DNA from: Ruminococcus sp.
Lineage (GTDB): Bacteria > Bacillota > Clostridia > Oscillospirales > Ruminococcaceae
Reading direction: 5' to 3'
Length of the DNA: 56,413 bases
NCBI GenBank assembly: GCA_051893675.1
Contig: JBJFHO010000072.1
Span: forward strand, 1 to 56,413
The notes under the pieces are model-generated. The model did no database searches and was not told the DNA's origin. It saw only the letters and a list, made by a program, of their open reading frames with translations. Below are positions 30,256 to 41,817 of the stretch, one piece after another; position 1 is the first letter of the stretch; each line of letters begins with the position of its first letter. The translations under genes were made by a program, and so were the position numbers.

Positions 30256-32581
30256 ACTTTTTAAAAACCTGAAGCCCTACTGGAAATCAGTGCTGCTGAT
30301 CCTGCTGCTGTTGATCGTACAGGCGTTTTGTGACCTGTCCCTGCCGCAGTACACTTCGAATATCATCGACGTAGGCATTCAGAACAGCGGCGTAGAACAT
30401 CTTCTGCCGGAAAAAATGACGCTGACAGAATATCAGACAGCGCAGATCTTCATGACAGAAGAGGAACAGGCGCAATGGCAGGACGCATATGAGATACATG
30501 GCGAATTCTGCGACCAGAAAGGGCTGAGTGGAGATGCACTGGACGAACTGGACGAGAAACTGATGATTCCCATCCTGCTCAACTATGAGATGTCCATGGT
30601 AGACGAAGGCAGTTTCCGGGAGATCGTGACACAGCAGAGCGACCCTGCCGCCGCAGAACAGCTGGCGCAGATGAGCATCGAGGAGATCGGTGCATCTATG
30701 GGCGTGGAGCTGAAGCCTTTCATCCGGACGGAAGAGGATGAGGACGGCAACGAGACTGAGGTCACCTGTGTGGATGTCCGTCCTCTGTTCCTTGCCTTGG
30801 AGGAAAGCGGTCAGATGAACGCCGCCGTTCTGGACGATATGCGCACCCAGCTGGAGGATATGCTGGATACCATGGGCAGCTCTCTGGTGGAATCCATGGG
30901 TATTGCCTATGCCGTACAGTGTGACAAGGATGCCGGACTGGACATAGATCACATCCAAAAGACCTACTTGTGGTTCTCCGGCGGCAAAATGCTGCTCATG
31001 GCACTGGTCATGATGGTAACTGCCATCGGCGTCAGCTATCTGGCATCCCGTGTAGGTGCAGGCGTGGGACGTGACCTGAGAGTGAAAGTATTCTCCAAGG
31101 TCATGCACTTCTCCGGCGCAGAGATGGATCAGTTCTCCACGGCTTCCCTGATCACCAGAAGTACCAACGATATCCAGCAGGTACAGATGGTCACAGCCAT
31201 TTTCCTGCGGATGCTCCTGTATGCACCAATTCTGGGCATTGGCGGTATCATCAAGGTTGTAAATACCGGTGCAGGCATGGGCTGGGTCATTGCCCTTGCC
31301 GTGCTTGTCATTCTGGGTATCGTGGGACTGCTCATGGCAATCGCTATGCCCAAGTTCAAGAAAATGCAGGTACTGGTAGACCGGGTGAACCTGGTTTCCC
31401 GTGAGATTCTGACAGGACTGCCGGTCATCCATGCCTTCTGCCGGGAAAAGACAGAGGAAGAACGCTTCGATCAGGCAAACCGCAATCTGACTAAGACAAA
31501 CCTCTTTGTCAACCGTGTCATGACCTTCATGATGCCCATTATGATGATGATCATGTACGGTCTGAGCATTCTCATTGTATGGGTCGGCGCACATCGTATC
31601 GACGACGGCGTCATGCAGGTAGGCTCCATGACAGCATTCATCACCTATTCTATGATGATCGTCATGGCATTCCTGATGCTGACCATGATGTCCGTTATGC
31701 TGCCCCGTGCATCTGTAGCTGCCGGACGAATTGACGAAGTCCTGCAGACAGAGACTTCCATTCAGGAAGCAGAACAGCCGCAGAAACCGGAACCGGTACA
31801 CGGCGTACTGCGGTTCGACCATGTGCATTTCCGCTATCCCAATGCAGAGGAAGATGCACTGACCGATCTGGACTTTACCGCAGAGCCGGGTAAGACCACT
31901 GCCATTATCGGCAGTACCGGCTGCGGCAAGTCCACGCTGGTAAATCTGATTCCCCGTCTGTACGATGTGACCGAGGGCAGCATCAGCCTGGACGGCGTGG
32001 ATATCCGGCAGATGGAACTGGAAGAACTGCGGCAGCAGATCGGTTTTGTACCCCAGAAGGGCGTACTGTTCTCCGGTACCATCGCCAGCAACCTGCGCTT
32101 CGGATGTCCTGACGCTTCAGATGCAGAGATCCGGCAGGCAGCTGAAATTGCACAGGCGGCTGACTTCATTGAAGAAAAGCCGGATAAATATGACAGCGCC
32201 ATTTCACAGGGCGGTACCAATGTTTCCGGCGGTCAGAAACAGCGTCTGACCATTGCACGTGCCATTGCAAAGCAGCCGAAGGTATTCGTCTTCGACGACA
32301 GCTTCTCAGCGCTGGATCTGAAAACCGATGCGGCACTGCGGAAGGCTCTGGCATCCCAGGTGCAGGACAGCACAGTCATTATTGTGGCACAGCGTATCAG
32401 TACCATTCTCCATGCAGATCAGATTCTGGTGCTGGAGGAAGGAAAGATCGTCGGAAAGGGTACCCACGAGGAACTGCTGCACAACTGCGAGGTTTATCAG
32501 CAGATCGCAAAGTCCCAGCTTTCCGCAGCGGAACTGGGCTTAGAGGCATCCGAGGAAGGAGTGACAACAGATGGCGAATGA
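30248..32581 (+). CDS. Heterodimeric ABC exporter subunit A (TMD+NBD) with large extracellular insertion
   Basis: GSTGCGKST, VSGGQKQR, degenerate Walker B FDDSFSALD; about 200-aa acidic loop after TM1. Confidence 0.9.
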   Translation: MSKLFKNLKPYWKSVLLILLLLIVQAFCDLSLPQYTSNIIDVGIQNSGVEHLLPEKMTLTEYQTAQIFMTEEEQAQWQDAYEIHGEFCDQKGLSGDALDELDEKLMIPILLNYEMSMVDEGSFREIVTQQSDPAAAEQLAQMSIEEIGASMGVELKPFIRTEEDEDGNETEVTCVDVRPLFLALEESGQMNAAVLDDMRTQLEDMLDTMGSSLVESMGIAYAVQCDKDAGLDIDHIQKTYLWFSGGKMLLMALVMMVTAIGVSYLASRVGAGVGRDLRVKVFSKVMHFSGAEMDQFSTASLITRSTNDIQQVQMVTAIFLRMLLYAPILGIGGIIKVVNTGAGMGWVIALAVLVILGIVGLLMAIAMPKFKKMQVLVDRVNLVSREILTGLPVIHAFCREKTEEERFDQANRNLTKTNLFVNRVMTFMMPIMMMIMYGLSILIVWVGAHRIDDGVMQVGSMTAFITYSMMIVMAFLMLTMMSVMLPRASVAAGRIDEVLQTETSIQEAEQPQKPEPVHGVLRFDHVHFRYPNAEEDALTDLDFTAEPGKTTAIIGSTGCGKSTLVNLIPRLYDVTEGSISLDGVDIRQMELEELRQQIGFVPQKGVLFSGTIASNLRFGCPDASDAEIRQAAEIAQAADFIEEKPDKYDSAISQGGTNVSGGQKQRLTIARAIAKQPKVFVFDDSFSALDLKTDAALRKALASQVQDSTVIIVAQRISTILHADQILVLEEGKIVGKGTHEELLHNCEVYQQIAKSQLSAAELGLEASEEGVTTDGE

Positions 32582-34403
32582 AAGAAAACATGGAATGCCC
32601 GGGCACGGCGGCGGTCAGATGCCCGTGGAAAAGGCAAAGGATTTTAAAGGCTCTATCGGAAAGCTGTTTGTATACATCAAGAAATATCACGCAGCAGTAG
32701 TGGTAGTCATTCTGTGCGCCATTGTCTCCACTGTGTTCAGTGTCATTGGCCCGGATATTCTGGGTAAGGCGACCACAGAGCTGTCCAACGGACTCATGGC
32801 AAAGATCCAGGGCACCGGCGGTATTGATTTCACCAAAATCGGACAGATCCTGCTGTTTGTCCTGGGACTGTATCTGTTCAGTTCCCTGTTCAGCTTCATT
32901 CAGGGCTGGCTCATGACCGGCGTTACCCAGAAGGTATGCTACCGGATGCGCCGGGATATCTCCGAGAAGATCAACCGGATGCCCATGGCATACTTCGAAA
33001 GCCGCACCTACGGCGAGGTGCTCTCCCGGATCACCAACGATGTAGATACATTGGGACAGAGCCTGAACCAGAGTATTACACAGATCATCACTTCTGTAGC
33101 GACCATGGTCGGCGTTCTTGTCATGATGCTGCGTATTTCGCCACTCATGACACTGATTGCACTTGTGGTTCTGCCCATTTCCATTCTGCTTATTTCTCTG
33201 GTGGTAAAGAAATCCCAGAAATACTTCAAGCAGCAGCAGGAATATCTGGGACACATCAACGGACAGGTGGAGGAGACCTATGCCGGTCATACCGTCATCA
33301 AGGCATACAACAAGGAACAGGAGACCATCCGGAAGTTCCAGGAAACCAATGATACGCTGTACCATTCCGCCTGGAAATCCCAGTTCTTGTCCGGTCTCAT
33401 GCACCCCATTATGGTATTCGTGGGCAATCTGGGGTACGCTGCCGTGGCACTTTCCGGCGGTCTGCTGGCGATCCGGGGTACCATTACCATCGGTGACATT
33501 CAGGCATTCATTCAGTATGTAAAGAACTTCACCCAGCCCATCCAGCAGATTGCCCAGGTATTGAACCAGGTGCAGTCCATGGCGGCAGCAGCGGAGCGTG
33601 TCTTTGACTTCCTGGAAGAGGGCGAAGAGGTACAGACCACAGAACATCCGGTACAGCCGGAAGAGATCACCGGTACTGTCTCTTTCCAACATGTCTCCTT
33701 CGGCTATCACCCGGAGCAGATGATCATCCACGATTTCAGCGCCGATGTAAAGCCGGGACAGAAGATCGCCATTGTGGGTCCCACAGGTGCCGGCAAGACT
33801 ACCATGGTAAAGCTTCTCATGCGGTTCTACGATGTCAACGGCGGTGCCATTCTTCTGGACGGACACAATGTTCAGGACTTCAACCGGAGTGATCTGCGGG
33901 AAGCATTCGGCATGGTATTGCAGGATACATGGCTGTTCCAGGGCACCATTATGGAGAATATCCGCTACGGCAGACTGGATGCCACAGACGAGGAAGTCAT
34001 TGCAGCGGCAAAGGCAGCCCATGCTGACAGCTTCATCCGGCAGCTGCCCGGCGGCTATGACATGGAACTGAACGAGGACGCAAGCAATGTTTCTCAGGGA
34101 CAGAAACAGCTGCTGACCATTGCCCGGGCGATCCTGGCAGACAACAAGGTCATGATTCTGGACGAAGCCACTTCCTCCGTAGACACCCGGACGGAAATCC
34201 AGATTCAGAAGGCAATGGATCGCCTCATGGAAGGCAGAACCAGCTTTGTCATTGCACACCGGCTTTCCACCATCCGCAATGCAGACCTGATTCTGGTCAT
34301 GAAAGACGGCGATATCATCGAACAGGGCACCCATGATGAACTTCTGGCGAAGAACGGATTCTATGCAGACCTGTATCGGTCACAGTTCGCACAGACAGCG
34401 TAA
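32571..34403 (+). CDS. Heterodimeric ABC exporter subunit B
   Basis: GPTGAGKTT, SQGQKQL, ILDEATSSVD, IAHRLSTI. Confidence 0.92.
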   Translation: MANERKHGMPGHGGGQMPVEKAKDFKGSIGKLFVYIKKYHAAVVVVILCAIVSTVFSVIGPDILGKATTELSNGLMAKIQGTGGIDFTKIGQILLFVLGLYLFSSLFSFIQGWLMTGVTQKVCYRMRRDISEKINRMPMAYFESRTYGEVLSRITNDVDTLGQSLNQSITQIITSVATMVGVLVMMLRISPLMTLIALVVLPISILLISLVVKKSQKYFKQQQEYLGHINGQVEETYAGHTVIKAYNKEQETIRKFQETNDTLYHSAWKSQFLSGLMHPIMVFVGNLGYAAVALSGGLLAIRGTITIGDIQAFIQYVKNFTQPIQQIAQVLNQVQSMAAAAERVFDFLEEGEEVQTTEHPVQPEEITGTVSFQHVSFGYHPEQMIIHDFSADVKPGQKIAIVGPTGAGKTTMVKLLMRFYDVNGGAILLDGHNVQDFNRSDLREAFGMVLQDTWLFQGTIMENIRYGRLDATDEEVIAAAKAAHADSFIRQLPGGYDMELNEDASNVSQGQKQLLTIARAILADNKVMILDEATSSVDTRTEIQIQKAMDRLMEGRTSFVIAHRLSTIRNADLILVMKDGDIIEQGTHDELLAKNGFYADLYRSQFAQTA

Positions 34404-34421
34404 ATTACAACCAATTACAAC

Positions 34422-34460
34422 AAAACGGGCGAACCCATTTCACCGGGTCCGCCCGTTTTT
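34422..34460. terminator. Bidirectional terminator
   Basis: AAAACGGGCGAACCC...GGGTCCGCCCGTTTTTT. Confidence 0.75.
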
Positions 34461-34478
34461 TGTGCCAATATTCTATAG

Positions 34479-35900
<1,422 letters not shown>

Positions 35901-35910
35901 CTATATTCAA

Positions 35911-35958
35911 AGCAATACCGTGCAAAGCCGTCAGGCGGTCTTTTTGCAGTGTTGCCTT
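35911..35958. repeat. About 48-nt hairpin repeat, copy 2
   Basis: AGCAATACCGTGCAAAG-CCGTCAGGCGGT-CTTTTTGCAGTGTTGCC. Confidence 0.8.
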
Positions 35959-35967
35959 AAGTCAGAC

Positions 35968-37920
35968 TCAGCGAATCTTCGCTCCCACCGGCAGGGATTC
36001 ATCCGGGAAGATCACCTTCACATCCCCATTGGGCATATCTGCCGCACAGATCATGCCGCAGCTTTCCACGCCGCAAAGCTTTGCCGGCTTCAGATTTGCC
36101 ACCAGCATGATCTTTTTGCCGATGAGATCCTCCGGGGCATACCAGGGGGCAATACCGGAAACCACCTGTCTGCCGCCCATGCCGTCATCCAGCTGGAGTT
36201 TCAGCAGCTTCTTGGACTTCTTGACCTTTTCGCAGGCAATGACCTTCGCTACACGCAGATCTGTCTGTGCAAAGGTGTCGATGGGAATCTCCTCTGCCAG
36301 AGGCTGGGGCGTATATTCCGGCTCAGCCGGCTCTTCCTTGGGCTGATTTGCCAGAATCAACTGGTTCAGCTCGTCAATTTCCTTGTCCACGTCGATTCTC
36401 GGGAAAATGATATCTCCCTTGTGTACCGTCACATTTGCCGGCAGTATACCGAAGTCGGAAATGGTGCTGTAAGCAGTTTCCGCTGCGGATGCACCGATCT
36501 GTTCCCAGATCTTCGGCATGGTCTCCGGCATGAATGCGCTCAGGGGCACGGAGACAATACGAATGGTCTCCAGCAAATTATAAAGTACCGTAGCCAGACG
36601 GGTGCGGTTTGCCTCGTCACGTGCAAGAATCCACGGTGCAGTTTCGTCAATATACTTGTTGGCACGGGATACCACCTGGAAAATCTCTGCCAGCATGAGA
36701 TTCAGCTGGGTTTTGTCCAGAAGTTCCTCCAGCTTATCTTTCAATCCGGTAGCAGCGGCAATGAGTTCGTCATCAAATTCACCGGACTGACGTTCCTCCG
36801 GCAGTGTACCGCCGAAGTATTTCTCTACCATTGCCACGGTACGGGAAACCAGATTGCCCAGACCGTTTGCCAGATCGGAGTTGATGCGGTTAATCATGAT
36901 CTCATTGGAGAAAGAACTGTCAGCGCCCAGTGCCATTTCCCGGAGAATGTGATACCGGATGGCATCTGCGCCGTAGCGGTCTGCCAGCAGGAACGGATCT
37001 ACCACATTGCCCAGTGACTTGGACATCTTCTGTCCGTTGAAGGTAATCCAGCCATGAACTGCCAGATGCTTCGGCAGGGGCAAATCCAGTGCCATGAGCA
37101 TTGCCGGCCAGATAATGGCGTGGAAACGCATGATGTCCTTTGCCACCATGTGCACGTCAGCCGGCCAGTATTCGTCAAAGTCATGGTATGCGCTGTTTTC
37201 ATAGCCCAGTGCGCTGATATAGTTAGACAGGGCGTCGATCCAGACATAAACCACATGTCCCTCGTCAAAGGTCACGGGAATACCCCATGTAAAGGAAGTA
37301 CGGGACACGCAGAGATCCTCCAGACCCGGCTTGATGAAGTTGTTCACCAGCTCAACCGCACGGGTTTTGGGCTGGAGATAATCCGTCTCCGTGAGCAGCT
37401 TTTCGATCCGATCGGCAAAGGGCGACATCTTCATGAAATATGCCTCTTCCTTTGCCTCAGTGACTTCCCGGTGACACTCGGGACAGCAGCCGTTTTCGTC
37501 CAGCTGGGACTCTGTCCAGAAGCTCTCGCAGGGTGTGCAGTACTTGCCCTTATACTCGCCCTTATAAATGTAGCCCTTGTCGTACAGTGCCTTGAAAATT
37601 TTCTGTACTGTCTCTACATGGTAATCATCCGTTGTGCGGATATAGCGGTCATAGCTGATATGCATACGCTCCCAGAGCGCCTTGAAAACCTTGACGATCT
37701 CGTCCACATATTCTTTCGGAGTGATACCCTTTTCGGCTGCTTTCTGTTCAATTTTCAGACCGTGCTCGTCCGTTCCCGTAAGGAAAATGACATCATAGCC
37801 CTGCATTCGTCTGTACCGTGCGATGGAATCGCAGGCAACGGTGGTGTAGCAGTGACCGATATGGGGATTACCCGACGGATAGTAGATCGGCGTGGTAATA
37901 TAATACGGCTTTTTTGACAT
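35968..37920 (-). CDS. metG: Methionine-tRNA ligase with C-terminal tRNA-binding OB domain
   Basis: TTPIYY, HIGH, TGTDEHG, CTPCE/CPEC knuckle, KMSKS, LVANLKPAKL; promoter GTGACA-17-TACAAT at 37972-38000. Confidence 0.97.
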   Translation of the reverse strand: MSKKPYYITTPIYYPSGNPHIGHCYTTVACDSIARYRRMQGYDVIFLTGTDEHGLKIEQKAAEKGITPKEYVDEIVKVFKALWERMHISYDRYIRTTDDYHVETVQKIFKALYDKGYIYKGEYKGKYCTPCESFWTESQLDENGCCPECHREVTEAKEEAYFMKMSPFADRIEKLLTETDYLQPKTRAVELVNNFIKPGLEDLCVSRTSFTWGIPVTFDEGHVVYVWIDALSNYISALGYENSAYHDFDEYWPADVHMVAKDIMRFHAIIWPAMLMALDLPLPKHLAVHGWITFNGQKMSKSLGNVVDPFLLADRYGADAIRYHILREMALGADSSFSNEIMINRINSDLANGLGNLVSRTVAMVEKYFGGTLPEERQSGEFDDELIAAATGLKDKLEELLDKTQLNLMLAEIFQVVSRANKYIDETAPWILARDEANRTRLATVLYNLLETIRIVSVPLSAFMPETMPKIWEQIGASAAETAYSTISDFGILPANVTVHKGDIIFPRIDVDKEIDELNQLILANQPKEEPAEPEYTPQPLAEEIPIDTFAQTDLRVAKVIACEKVKKSKKLLKLQLDDGMGGRQVVSGIAPWYAPEDLIGKKIMLVANLKPAKLCGVESCGMICAADMPNGDVKVIFPDESLPVGAKIR

Positions 37921-38102
37921 ACGAGGTTCCTCCTTAACATTCGCTGCCGCAGAAGGCGGCTGTTATCTTTTATTGTACCATATTTTCGGGGATTTGTCAC
38001 GTGTTTTTTTGAAATTTTTCAGAAGTACGGATTTTTGCAGTTGATTTTTATGTATTTTACAAGAATTTTGCTATAATCATTGTAAACTATCTTTAAGTCG
38101 TT

Positions 38103-38202
38103 TCACTTTGCATAAATCGTCGACAATTTTCGACACAAATAATGTATATATATACAAATTTAGAATTTCAGTGTTGACTTTTATGGTGGAATGTGCTAAT
38201 AT
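38103..38202 (+). promoter_or_regulatory. Promoter of the dockerin/protease operon with tandem Spo0A-like boxes
   Basis: TTGACT-17-TAATAT (38174-38202); GTCGACA (38119) and TTCGACA (38129), i.e. TGTCGAC/TGTCGAA on the minus strand, 10 bp apart. Confidence 0.55.
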
Positions 38203-38252
38203 ATTGTTAGAAGAAAATCCGTGTTCTTAAAATTTTAGGAGGTGCATTTTTT

Positions 38253-38522
38253 ATGAAATTAAAATTACGGATAGCTTCATTGTTAGTGGCGTGTGTGTGC
38301 GCTGTGGGGTCTATTGCTTCATTTTCGGCTTCTGCGACAGTACTGCGAGGTGATGTAAATGGAGATGGCTACGTTGACATCACAGATGCTGTCTCATTAA
38401 ATCGATACTTGGCAGGAGGCTATAAAGTGACAAATATGTCGGCTTTAGATTATGATCGTGATTATATTATTTCACGTGCTGATTCAGACGCATTATATCG
38501 TTTTTTAGTGCATTTAGTATAA
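38253..38522 (+). CDS. Stand-alone secreted dockerin (signal peptide + dockerin only)
   Basis: SD AGGAGGT; signal peptide ending ASA; GDVNGDGYVDITDAVSLNRYL...LDYDRDYIISRADSDALYRFL. Confidence 0.8.
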   Translation: MKLKLRIASLLVACVCAVGSIASFSASATVLRGDVNGDGYVDITDAVSLNRYLAGGYKVTNMSALDYDRDYIISRADSDALYRFLVHLV

Positions 38523-38546
38523 TAAGAAGAATGGATGGTGTATATT

Positions 38547-39418
38547 ATGAAGGAAATAAAAAATAAAATAATCTCAGTCTTTCTTTCTTGTACAATAGCT
38601 GTATCAAATTGCCTAGCTTTTAGTTCGCTTTCTGTCAATGCAGAAACCGATGCAGCAATAACATATTGTAAACACAGAGTAGGTTCCAGCATCAGATCAT
38701 TTCAAAAATATAATCTCTCTCAAGATATAACCGACAATACAGTTAGCACTTATACAATATATGGAGATGTTGACCATAGGGAACCAGATAACGACAATAT
38801 GGCAATAGTACGTTTGAGTGTGGGCGGAACTGGCTTCATTGTAGATGACCACACAATTGTAACCGCCGCACATTGTGTCATTTCCAATGAAAAGCGGTTT
38901 TCTGATGACATGACTATAGATATAGTTGATTCCAATAATAACGTCATTAAGCAAGTTACACCAACAGCATTTCATGTTCCAAATGACTATCGCCTTGGCA
39001 ATCCTGGTAATCATGATTATGCTATGATTGAAGTAGCTGATGATCTTTCTTCGTATGGATATCTTTCAATGGGTGTTGTGTTAGATAATTATGTAGACAA
39101 AGCTTACTCCACAACAGTTAAAGTTTCTGGTTTTCCACAACGTGATAATGAGGATTGGGGGCAACGATATGCTGGAGAAGGTAGAATTACTTCGTTAACA
39201 AAAGATACATTATATTACACAGTTGATACAAGTGGAGGTGATAGCGGCGGACCAGTTTATTCAGAATTTGAAGCTTCTTATGGTACAGAGTACAAGATAG
39301 TCATTGGCATACATGATGGGGCAACTGGAGAAATGGGGAAAACAAACCTAATTTTGCAACTCGTATTACGTCAAATATATTACAGTTCTATTTAAATAAT
39401 CCTAATAAAAGTTATTGA
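38547..39418 (+). CDS. Secreted trypsin-like (V8/glutamyl endopeptidase-type) serine protease; probable 1-nt frameshift near 39317-39345 (as read, stops at 39395)
   Basis: Signal peptide; TAAHC, HDYAMI, DTSGGDSGGP, IGIH; the -1 frame gives NFATRITSNILQFYLNNPNKSY with a stop at 39418 next to the following SD. Confidence 0.8.
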
Positions 39419-39435
39419 TTGAAAGGATGATTTTT

Positions 39436-40545
39436 ATGAAAAGAAGGAAAAGGATATTAACAGCCACATGCACCGCAGCGGTTCTGACAGGCGTGTGCAG
39501 TATGCCGACATTTGCAGCTGGGATTCTGGCAGAGGGGAAGCCGATTCCGCAGCTTCTGGAGGAAATGGCGCAAGATACAAATTCGTACTTCCTGGAAACA
39601 TCCGCCGGCATGTATCATTATCTGACGGAAGATAACTTTTACGCCATTGAACTCACAAAGAAATACTACACGATTCAGTTGGAACAGGGTCTGTCTCTCC
39701 CGAAGGATGCAGCGGCGCAGTTGGGAAAAGCGATTTGCTTATATGGCAGTACAGACCCGGTTCCCGTGACAGAAGGCGCACCGAATATCACCAATCACTA
39801 TGTGAACGGTGCTTCGCTAGAAGATTTTGGAGACGGAACATATCAGCTGGTACTTTCGAAATATTGTGAAGTGGATGAAACTGCGCTCATCACCTATTTT
39901 CAGACCATTCCCGGATTTGCGTCTATCACCTATGGTGCTGCCGGATATGAACTGACAGACAGCAGTCTCAACCTGAACTATGATTTTGAGGGAAGTGAAA
40001 AGCGTCCGACGGACGGCACTCCGATCACACTGGATATCCAGACAACAGAGAATATTGCCTTGACAGCAGAAGATTTTGCAGAAAGTCTGGGCGTGGTTTC
40101 TGTAGAATCTGTAAGCAATGGTACCGCATACAGAATATCCCTCGATCCGGAACTGTATCAGAAGATGACCCGAAGCGAAATGCTTCAGCTGGTCAAACAA
40201 ATAGAAGTAATGGAACAGGTGGAAACAGTGGATCTCCACTGCCAGATGAATGAGCTTGCCTACGCTGCGGTAAACGAACCCATCGACAACGGTGCCATCC
40301 CCTACGTCACCCGTGGCGACTGCAACGAAACCGAAACCATTGACCCCGACGATGCTTACCTTGCGCTCCGGCACTATGCCGCAGACGCTGTAGGCGGCGA
40401 ATCCACACTCTCCGACCGGAACCGCTGCGCCGCAGATGTCAACGGAAACGGTACAGTCGATGCCGACGATGCCTATTTTATGCTGAAATATTACGCTGCA
40501 AAATCCGTGGGCAGTGATGCTCAGTGGAGTGATATTCTCCAATAA
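39436..40545 (+). CDS. Secreted unknown-domain protein with C-terminal dockerin (paralogue 1)
   Basis: Signal peptide; GDCNETETIDPDDAYLALRHYA...ADVNGNGTVDADDAYFMLKYYAAKSVG. Confidence 0.8.
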   Translation: MKRRKRILTATCTAAVLTGVCSMPTFAAGILAEGKPIPQLLEEMAQDTNSYFLETSAGMYHYLTEDNFYAIELTKKYYTIQLEQGLSLPKDAAAQLGKAICLYGSTDPVPVTEGAPNITNHYVNGASLEDFGDGTYQLVLSKYCEVDETALITYFQTIPGFASITYGAAGYELTDSSLNLNYDFEGSEKRPTDGTPITLDIQTTENIALTAEDFAESLGVVSVESVSNGTAYRISLDPELYQKMTRSEMLQLVKQIEVMEQVETVDLHCQMNELAYAAVNEPIDNGAIPYVTRGDCNETETIDPDDAYLALRHYAADAVGGESTLSDRNRCAADVNGNGTVDADDAYFMLKYYAAKSVGSDAQWSDILQ

Positions 40546-40563
40546 AAGAATACATATCTGTTC

Positions 40564-40602
40564 AAAATGGGTGAATCCGATGCTTCGGGTTCACCCGTTT
40601 TT
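40564..40602 (+). terminator. Intrinsic terminator
   Basis: AAAATGGGTGAATCCGA-TGCT-TCGGGTTCACCCGTTTTT. Confidence 0.75.
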
Positions 40603-40677
40603 TGTCTTGCCTTTTTTTCTATTCCATGCTATAATATAAGTAAAATTTCGACTTTTTTCAAAAGGAGGATATCTCCC

Positions 40678-41817
40678 ATGAAGCTCATCCACCTGTCCGA
40701 CCTCCATCTGGGAAAACGGCTCAACGAAATGTCCTTGCTGGATGATCAGCGCTACATACTAGAAGAGATATGCCAGATTCTCCGGCAGGAACAGCCTGAC
40801 GCTGTCATCATTGCCGGAGATGTCTACGACAAATCCATCCCATCCGCAGAATCCGTACAGCTGTTTGACCATTTTCTCTCTCAGCTCGCCGAAATAGAAC
40901 TGACTGTCCTGCTCATCAGCGGCAATCATGACTCTCCGGAACGTGTCTCTTTCGGCGCAAGCCTGATGCAGCGCAGCCGTGTCTACATTGCCCCTGTATT
41001 TGACGGTAATATTTCCCCCGTTACCCTCCATGACCAGTACGGCGAAGTGCGGTGCTATCTCCTGCCCTTTGTCCGCCCTGCCCACGTCCGTGCCCACTAT
41101 CCCGATGAGGAGATCAACAGCTATGAGGATGCCATCCGCACAGTGCTGGCGCATATTCCTCTGGATCAGACGGTGCGCAATGTCCTGGTGACCCATCAGT
41201 ATGTGGCAGGCGCATCCCTGTGCGAAGCCCAGGAACGGGAGATCGGCGGTACCGATCAGGTCAGCGCTGCCCTCTTTGCCGATTTCGACTATACTGCTCT
41301 GGGACATATCCACCGTCCCCAGTCCATTGGTACAGATACCATCCGCTACTGCGGCTCACCCCTGCAATATTCCCTGTCGGAAATAGGCTATGCCAAATCC
41401 ATTACCGCAGTGGAACTTGAGGAAAAAGGGAATGTTTCCGTCCGGGAAATTCCTCTGAAGCCGCTCCGGGCACTGCGGGAAATCCGTGGCACCTATCTGG
41501 AACTGACGGAGAAAAAGAATTACGAAAACACCAATACCGGCGATTATCTGCATGTCATCCTCACTGACGAAGAGGATGTACCCGACGCCATCGGCAAGCT
41601 GCGTATGATCTATCCCAACCTCATGAAGCTGGACTATGACAACCAACGTACCCGAACCAGCCGGCAGATCACCGGCGCAGACAACGCGCAGGAACAAAAG
41701 CCCTTCGATCTGTTCGCCGCATTGTACGAACAGCAGAACAATCAGCCCATGAGCGACACACAACAGAAATTTTTGCAGAAGCTTATTGACGAGATCTGGA
41801 AGGAGGAAGACGCATGA
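40678..41817 (+). CDS. sbcD: Exonuclease SbcCD subunit D (Mre11-like)
   Basis: HLSDLHLG, AGDVYD, SGNHDS, ALGHIH, YCGSP. Confidence 0.95.
   Translation: MKLIHLSDLHLGKRLNEMSLLDDQRYILEEICQILRQEQPDAVIIAGDVYDKSIPSAESVQLFDHFLSQLAEIELTVLLISGNHDSPERVSFGASLMQRSRVYIAPVFDGNISPVTLHDQYGEVRCYLLPFVRPAHVRAHYPDEEINSYEDAIRTVLAHIPLDQTVRNVLVTHQYVAGASLCEAQEREIGGTDQVSAALFADFDYTALGHIHRPQSIGTDTIRYCGSPLQYSLSEIGYAKSITAVELEEKGNVSVREIPLKPLRALREIRGTYLELTEKKNYENTNTGDYLHVILTDEEDVPDAIGKLRMIYPNLMKLDYDNQRTRTSRQITGADNAQEQKPFDLFAALYEQQNNQPMSDTQQKFLQKLIDEIWKEEDA

Noticed and set aside
37921-38000. T-box or SAM riboswitch before metG (and before metY)
   Set aside because: Leaders are too short (promoters within about 50 nt of the starts); no T-box or S-box consensus
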